A stretch of DNA of 12,812 nucleotides from assembly GCA_043718025.1 (NCBI GenBank), contig JAYSWN010000062.1, positions 1 through 12,812 of the forward strand, given 5' to 3'. The stretch is from Pseudomonadota bacterium (GTDB lineage Bacteria; Bdellovibrionota; FAC87; UBA2466). Positions within the stretch are counted from its first letter, which is position 1. Every line of letters starts with the position of its first letter. Of this stretch, positions 5,786 through 12,812 are shown piece after piece. The notes below the pieces were generated by a model. It was not told the DNA's origin. It did not search any database and saw only the letters and a list, made by a program, of their open reading frames with translations. The translations under genes were made by a program, and so were the position numbers.

Positions 5786-6739
5786 ATGCTTTTGCTCCTA
5801 CCCGCTGAGGTAGCCCATGATATCGCGGTGTTTTTTTTAAGGCTGTGGGCATTCATGGGGTGTCCACTCGGTCGAAGAAAAACTCACGGTACGGTACTGC
5901 ATCCCACGCTACCGAAGGTGCGATTTTCGTCACGGATCGGGCTTGCCGCCGGCTTTGATAAAAATGGAATAGTGATGCCGGCGATGAGCGCTCTAGGATT
6001 TGGATTTGTGGAAGTGGGCACGGTAACCCCACTCCCGCAAGTGGGAAATCCCAAACCTCGGCTTTGGCGCCTGCGTCCCGATACGTTGGTAAACCATTTT
6101 GGCTTTAATAGCGATGGCATCATTGCGGTGCGGGCCCGTCTTATTGAATTTAAAAGCCGAAATCCGGAGTTTCCCGTTTTTGTGAACATCGGAAAAAATC
6201 GTGATACCCAAAATGAAAAAGCGTTGCGCGATTATGAACTTGGGCTCGATGCTTTTTCGGGCGTAGGAGACGGTTTCGTCATTAACCTAAGCTCTCCCAA
6301 CACCCCGGGGCTTACCGAATTACAGGGCCGTCCGTTTCTCGAAGGGCTCGCCGCTATTGTTCCCCAAGAAGTTGTCGTGCTCATCAAAATATCGGCAGAC
6401 CTGGAAGCAGAAAGATTTTCTGAAGTCGTTCAATTCGTAGCGAGTAATAAAAAACTGTCGGGGCTGGTAATTTCAAACACCTCCCGTACGCTGGCTGAAC
6501 GCGCTGGTTTTGAAAAGGGTGGCTTGTCCGGCCCGCCAATTTTCGAGCGTTCGCTAGCTGCGGTGACGGCCGCTAAAAAAATTCTCCGTGCCGATCAAGT
6601 TTTGATTGGCGTGGGTGGCATTTCCAGCTTCAAAGACGCCCAAAAAATGAGAAACGCCGGCGCTGATTTTGTAGAGATTTATACCGGCTTCGTCTATCGG
6701 GGGCCAAAGCTGGTGCGCCAGTTAGCGCAATTGGGCTAA
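5786..6739 (+). CDS. pyrD: Quinone-dependent dihydroorotate dehydrogenase (class 2)
   Basis: PAEVAH, GLAAGFDKNG, EVGTVTPLPQVGNPKPRLWRL, NIGKN, catalytic-Ser loop NLSSPNTPGL, GGLSG, IGVGGI, IYTGFVYRGP. The start may lie slightly upstream. Confidence 0.97.
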   Translation: MLLLLPAEVAHDIAVFFLRLWAFMGCPLGRRKTHGTVLHPTLPKVRFSSRIGLAAGFDKNGIVMPAMSALGFGFVEVGTVTPLPQVGNPKPRLWRLRPDTLVNHFGFNSDGIIAVRARLIEFKSRNPEFPVFVNIGKNRDTQNEKALRDYELGLDAFSGVGDGFVINLSSPNTPGLTELQGRPFLEGLAAIVPQEVVVLIKISADLEAERFSEVVQFVASNKKLSGLVISNTSRTLAERAGFEKGGLSGPPIFERSLAAVTAAKKILRADQVLIGVGGISSFKDAQKMRNAGADFVEIYTGFVYRGPKLVRQLAQLG

Positions 6740-6748
6740 ACCCCTATT

Positions 6749-9449
<2,701 letters not shown>

Positions 9450-9474
9450 CGGGGTAAATGTCACCCGCTAGGGC

Positions 9475-10590
9475 TCAAAGTTCAAGGGCCGAGTAAGGGA
9501 GCTCGTGCGCTAAGGCAATCTGCTCGTGCACCAGCCTACCCTGATAGGTATTGAACCCTTTTGCCAGTGCAGCGTTATGTTTGGCCGCATATTCGGCTCC
9601 CTTATCGGCAAGATAGAGGGCATAACGCAGAGTGCTGTTGGTCAAACTAAAGGTTGAGGTACGGGCCACTGCGCCCGGCATATTCGTGACGCAGTAATGA
9701 ATCACTCCATCCACTACGAAGGTGGGCTTTTCGTGCGAAGTGGGCAGGCAGGTTTCGACGCAGCCACCTTGATCTACCGCAATGTCCACTATCACCGAAC
9801 CCGGAACCATATTCTTGAGCATAGGGCGGGTTACGAGTTTAGGGGCCTTCGCGCCGGGTACCAGCACTGAACCAATTACCAAGTCAGCGTGATGAAGGCT
9901 TTCTTCAATGTTGTCTTGGTTTGACATCAGTGTAGTGAGACGGCCTTTATAAATCTGTTCTAGGTATTCCAAACGGCGAACATCTAGGTCGAGGATGGTC
10001 ACTTGCGCGCCCATGCCCAGCGCCACCATTGCCGCGTTGGCTCCGGCCACCCCACCACCGATAACCACTACACGTCCCGGGCTAACGCCGGGTACGCCGC
10101 CGAGCAAAATGCCTCGTCCGGCCGATGTGGCATCCCAGCTGGTTTGCAGATAATAGGCGCCAATCTGAACCGACATGCGTCCCGCCACTTCGCTCATCGG
10201 ACGAAGCAGTGGCAACGAACCGTCGCGCTCTTGAATGGTTTCGTAAGCGATGCCGGTCACCTTTTTTTCGAGCAGCACTTCGGTTAAGCGCTCATCGGCG
10301 GCCAAATGAAGGTAAGTGTAGAGAACCAGGCCAGGGCGTAAGAGTGGAAACTCATCGGGCATCGGCTCTTTTACCTTGATTACCATCTCCGCGGACCAGG
10401 CGTCGGCCGCCGTGTTCACCATGGTGGCTCCCACTTTTTCGTAGGAGGCATCAACAATACCGCTGCCTAAGCCGGCCCCTTTTTGCACCAGAACTTTGTG
10501 GCCAGCCGCGACTAGCGACCGGACCCCAGGGGGAACCATGCCCACTCGGTTTTCACGGTTTTTAATTTCTTTTGGGATTCCGATGATCAC
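9475..10590 (-). CDS. ald: Alanine dehydrogenase
   Basis: [50 protein letters not shown], Rossmann [35 protein letters not shown] upstream of the GTG start. Confidence 0.98.
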   Translation of the reverse strand: MIIGIPKEIKNRENRVGMVPPGVRSLVAAGHKVLVQKGAGLGSGIVDASYEKVGATMVNTAADAWSAEMVIKVKEPMPDEFPLLRPGLVLYTYLHLAADERLTEVLLEKKVTGIAYETIQERDGSLPLLRPMSEVAGRMSVQIGAYYLQTSWDATSAGRGILLGGVPGVSPGRVVVIGGGVAGANAAMVALGMGAQVTILDLDVRRLEYLEQIYKGRLTTLMSNQDNIEESLHHADLVIGSVLVPGAKAPKLVTRPMLKNMVPGSVIVDIAVDQGGCVETCLPTSHEKPTFVVDGVIHYCVTNMPGAVARTSTFSLTNSTLRYALYLADKGAEYAAKHNAALAKGFNTYQGRLVHEQIALAHELPYSALEL

Positions 10591-10835
10591 TGTTTACTCC
10601 CGACTTGGCCGTTAGGGTTTTCTACCGGCAATAGGTCTAAAATGTCGTTGGCATCAATTTCCACGGTGCCTTTTTCATCGGAAGCAAAAACCACTTTGCC
10701 CCGCATCTTGGCTCCCGAAATTCTTACCCAGCTGTCTTCTATCACGCCGTGCAGATGCCTGCCGGTTTTGTCGATAAGCGTCTGCCGCTGCTTTGTTTCG
10801 GTGGCCTTATCTATTTTTTGCAGGATAGGAAACAT
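10587..10835 (-). CDS. Small hypothetical protein (82 aa), predicted Sm-like/SH3-type fold
   Basis: Fills the gap between asnS and ald, has an AAGGTAGG SD-like site, and its TGA overlaps the ald GTG (GTGA). Pattern is one helix followed by about 5 beta strands. Confidence 0.8.
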   Translation of the reverse strand: MFPILQKIDKATETKQRQTLIDKTGRHLHGVIEDSWVRISGAKMRGKVVFASDEKGTVEIDANDILDLLPVENPNGQVGSKQ

Positions 10836-10856
10836 CGTGCACTAGCCTACCTTTTC

Positions 10857-12152
10857 TTAGGGGCGCAGCCGGTGAATGAGGCGAGGAAAGGGCGCTGCCT
10901 CGCGCAAGTGTTCTAAACCGCAGATCCAGGCCACCGTTCGTTCGATGCCCAGGCCAAATCCAGAGTGAGGCACTGAACCGTATTTACGAAGGTCTAGATA
11001 CCATTCAAACGCTTCACGCGGAAGCTTATGGGCTTCCAACCGCGTCACCAGAGCTTTGTAGTCTTCTTCCCGCTGTCCGCCGCCAATGATTTCGCCGTAC
11101 CCCTCGGGGGCCAGACAATCCATGCCTAGAGCCAGGCGAGGGTCGGCGGGGTCTTGCTTCATGTAAAACGCTTTGATTGCCGCCGGATAACGGTGAACAA
11201 AAACGGGGCGATCATGCATCTCGGCCAAAGCCGTCTCTTCCGGTGAGCCGAAATCGCCACCCCATTCGGTCTTGATCCCCTTTTCGTTTAACAACTTAAT
11301 CGCATCGTCGTAGCTGATGCGGGGAAAAGGAGCCTTTACGTTTTGTAATTTGGTGGTGTCGCGCTCCAGAAATTTGAGTTCCTGAGCACAGTCTTTAAGC
11401 ACGGTCTGCACGGTGTACTCAAGAAAGCGCTCGGCCAGCTTCATGTTGTCTTCAAGATCGTTGAAGGCCACTTCGGGTTCCACCATCCAAAACTCGGTCA
11501 GATGGCGCCGGGTTTTGCTTTTCTCCGCCCTAAAGGTGGGACCAAAGTTATAAACCTTTCCGAAAGCCATGGCGCTGGCCTCAGAATAGAGCTGTCCGCT
11601 TTGCGACAAGTAGGCCTTTTCGCCAAAATATTCTGTCTCGAATAGGGTCGTGGTGCCTTCGCAGGCGGCCGGAGTGAAGATTGGTGTATCCACGAGAATA
11701 AAGCCGTCGTTATCAAAAAAGTCGCGCACGGCTTTAATGAAGCGGGCGCGAATTTTTAAAATAGCGTTGGGCCGATTGCTTCGCAGCCAGAGGTGGCGAT
11801 TAGATAGTAAAAAATCGGGGCCATGTTCTTTGGGGCTGATCGGATACTCTTCGGCAAGCTGAATGACTTCGAACGACTCAAGATCTAGCTCGACCCCCAG
11901 CGCCGATCGTTTGTCTTCGCGGGCTTTGCCTTGAATTCGTAGCGACGTCTCTTGGGTTAACTTTTCAAAGGCGTCGAACATCTCGTCCGAGACTTGCCCC
12001 TTTGCCATTACCGCCTGAACCGTTCCACTGCCGTCGCGAAAGAGCAGAAATTTGATTTTGCCCGAGCTTCGTTTTCCGTAAACCCAGCCGCGAAGCTGGA
12101 CCGATTGGCCCAACTTGCTCTTCAGATCTTTTACGTAGGTAAACTCACTCAT
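10857..12152 (-). CDS. asnS: Asparagine--tRNA ligase
   Basis: N-terminal OB fold (LRGWV...FRDGSG), [23 protein letters not shown], motif 2 [34 protein letters not shown], motif 3 [15 protein letters not shown]. Confidence 0.97.
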   Translation of the reverse strand: MSEFTYVKDLKSKLGQSVQLRGWVYGKRSSGKIKFLLFRDGSGTVQAVMAKGQVSDEMFDAFEKLTQETSLRIQGKAREDKRSALGVELDLESFEVIQLAEEYPISPKEHGPDFLLSNRHLWLRSNRPNAILKIRARFIKAVRDFFDNDGFILVDTPIFTPAACEGTTTLFETEYFGEKAYLSQSGQLYSEASAMAFGKVYNFGPTFRAEKSKTRRHLTEFWMVEPEVAFNDLEDNMKLAERFLEYTVQTVLKDCAQELKFLERDTTKLQNVKAPFPRISYDDAIKLLNEKGIKTEWGGDFGSPEETALAEMHDRPVFVHRYPAAIKAFYMKQDPADPRLALGMDCLAPEGYGEIIGGGQREEDYKALVTRLEAHKLPREAFEWYLDLRKYGSVPHSGFGLGIERTVAWICGLEHLREAAPFPRLIHRLRP

Positions 12153-12153
12153 C

Positions 12154-12812
12154 TTAAGCGGTCACCGGCTTAGTGCGACCCGCACGATCGTTGTTCTTTT
12201 TTGCCGTCCACTTTTCAATGTAGATGGTCATTGGTGAGGCGATATACACGGTCGAATAGATACCAACCAAAATCCCGAAGGCCACCGCCACCGCAAAATC
12301 ACCAATTTCACCGTCGCAGAAGATAATGATGGGTATCACCGAAATCAAAGTTGCCGCGGCGGTGAGCAAAGTACGGGAAAGCGTAAGGTTAAGGGCGCTG
12401 TTAATCGTTGCCGACAAATCCCCTTTGGGCCCTGATCCATGCCCCACCATTTCTCGCACACGATCGTAAATCACAATGGTGTCGTTCACGCTGTATCCCG
12501 CAATGGTCAACAAGGCGGCCACCGCCGTAATGGTAAACTCGTGGCCGGTAACCAAGTAAAAACCCACCATCATGGTCAAATCGTGAATCATCGCCACCGT
12601 AGCGCCCGGCGCGAACTTAAAGTCGAAGCGAAACCAGATATAAACCGTAATCAGCAAAATCGTGTAGAGCAGCGAGCGCATCGCGCCCAACTTCAATTCA
12701 GCTCCGACTTTTGGGCCCACTACGTCTTGCGACAACAGCTGCATGTTTCCCGGTCCAGCTTTTTCCATCAGATTGCGGCCTAAGGCGCCAACCTGAGCTT
12801 TTTCAACCGGAG
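12154..12812 (-). CDS. secF: Protein translocase subunit SecF, C-terminal part (5' end outside the window; a SecDF fusion cannot be excluded)
   Basis: Frame is open to the window edge (...[19 protein letters not shown]). [50 protein letters not shown]. Confidence 0.96.
   Translation of the reverse strand, partial: PVEKAQVGALGRNLMEKAGPGNMQLLSQDVVGPKVGAELKLGAMRSLLYTILLITVYIWFRFDFKFAPGATVAMIHDLTMMVGFYLVTGHEFTITAVAALLTIAGYSVNDTIVIYDRVREMVGHGSGPKGDLSATINSALNLTLSRTLLTAAATLISVIPIIIFCDGEIGDFAVAVAFGILVGIYSTVYIASPMTIYIEKWTAKKNNDRAGRTKPVTA

Noticed and set aside
10125..10150. Short insertion in Ald ([12 protein letters not shown] versus the typical EKxxGGRG)
   Set aside because: A few-residue surface-loop variant with all recognisable catalytic motifs intact.

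Overview
Chromosomal window from a diderm bacterium (lipobox, beta-barrel protein, sigma54-type promoters; Bdellovibrionota/Deltaproteobacteria-like is only a guess). The right half (5.8-12.8 kb) is housekeeping: class 2 pyrD on + converges on a tight minus-strand run of secF (partial), asnS, an 82-aa ORF, ald, a DPM1-like GT2 and ligA. The left half (1-5.6 kb) holds five poorly characterised envelope genes: a Yip1-like membrane protein absent from the ORF track, an LVIVD-like beta-propeller lipoprotein, a divergent YceI, a membrane-anchored disordered protein, and a 593-aa secreted protein with (Q)DPNAY repeats, an FlgD-Ig-like segment and a likely C-terminal beta-barrel. Two of these have correctly spaced sigma54 -24/-12 motifs, and an RPE/REP-like palindromic element lies in a 540-bp intergenic gap. 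I saw no CRISPR, tRNA, rRNA, transposase, phage or defence genes, and no complete novel system can be proven. The best leads are the Sm-fold-like 82-aa protein coupled to ald, the DPNAY-repeat protein and the possible sigma54-controlled envelope cluster. All family calls are by-eye motif recognition; no searches were run.
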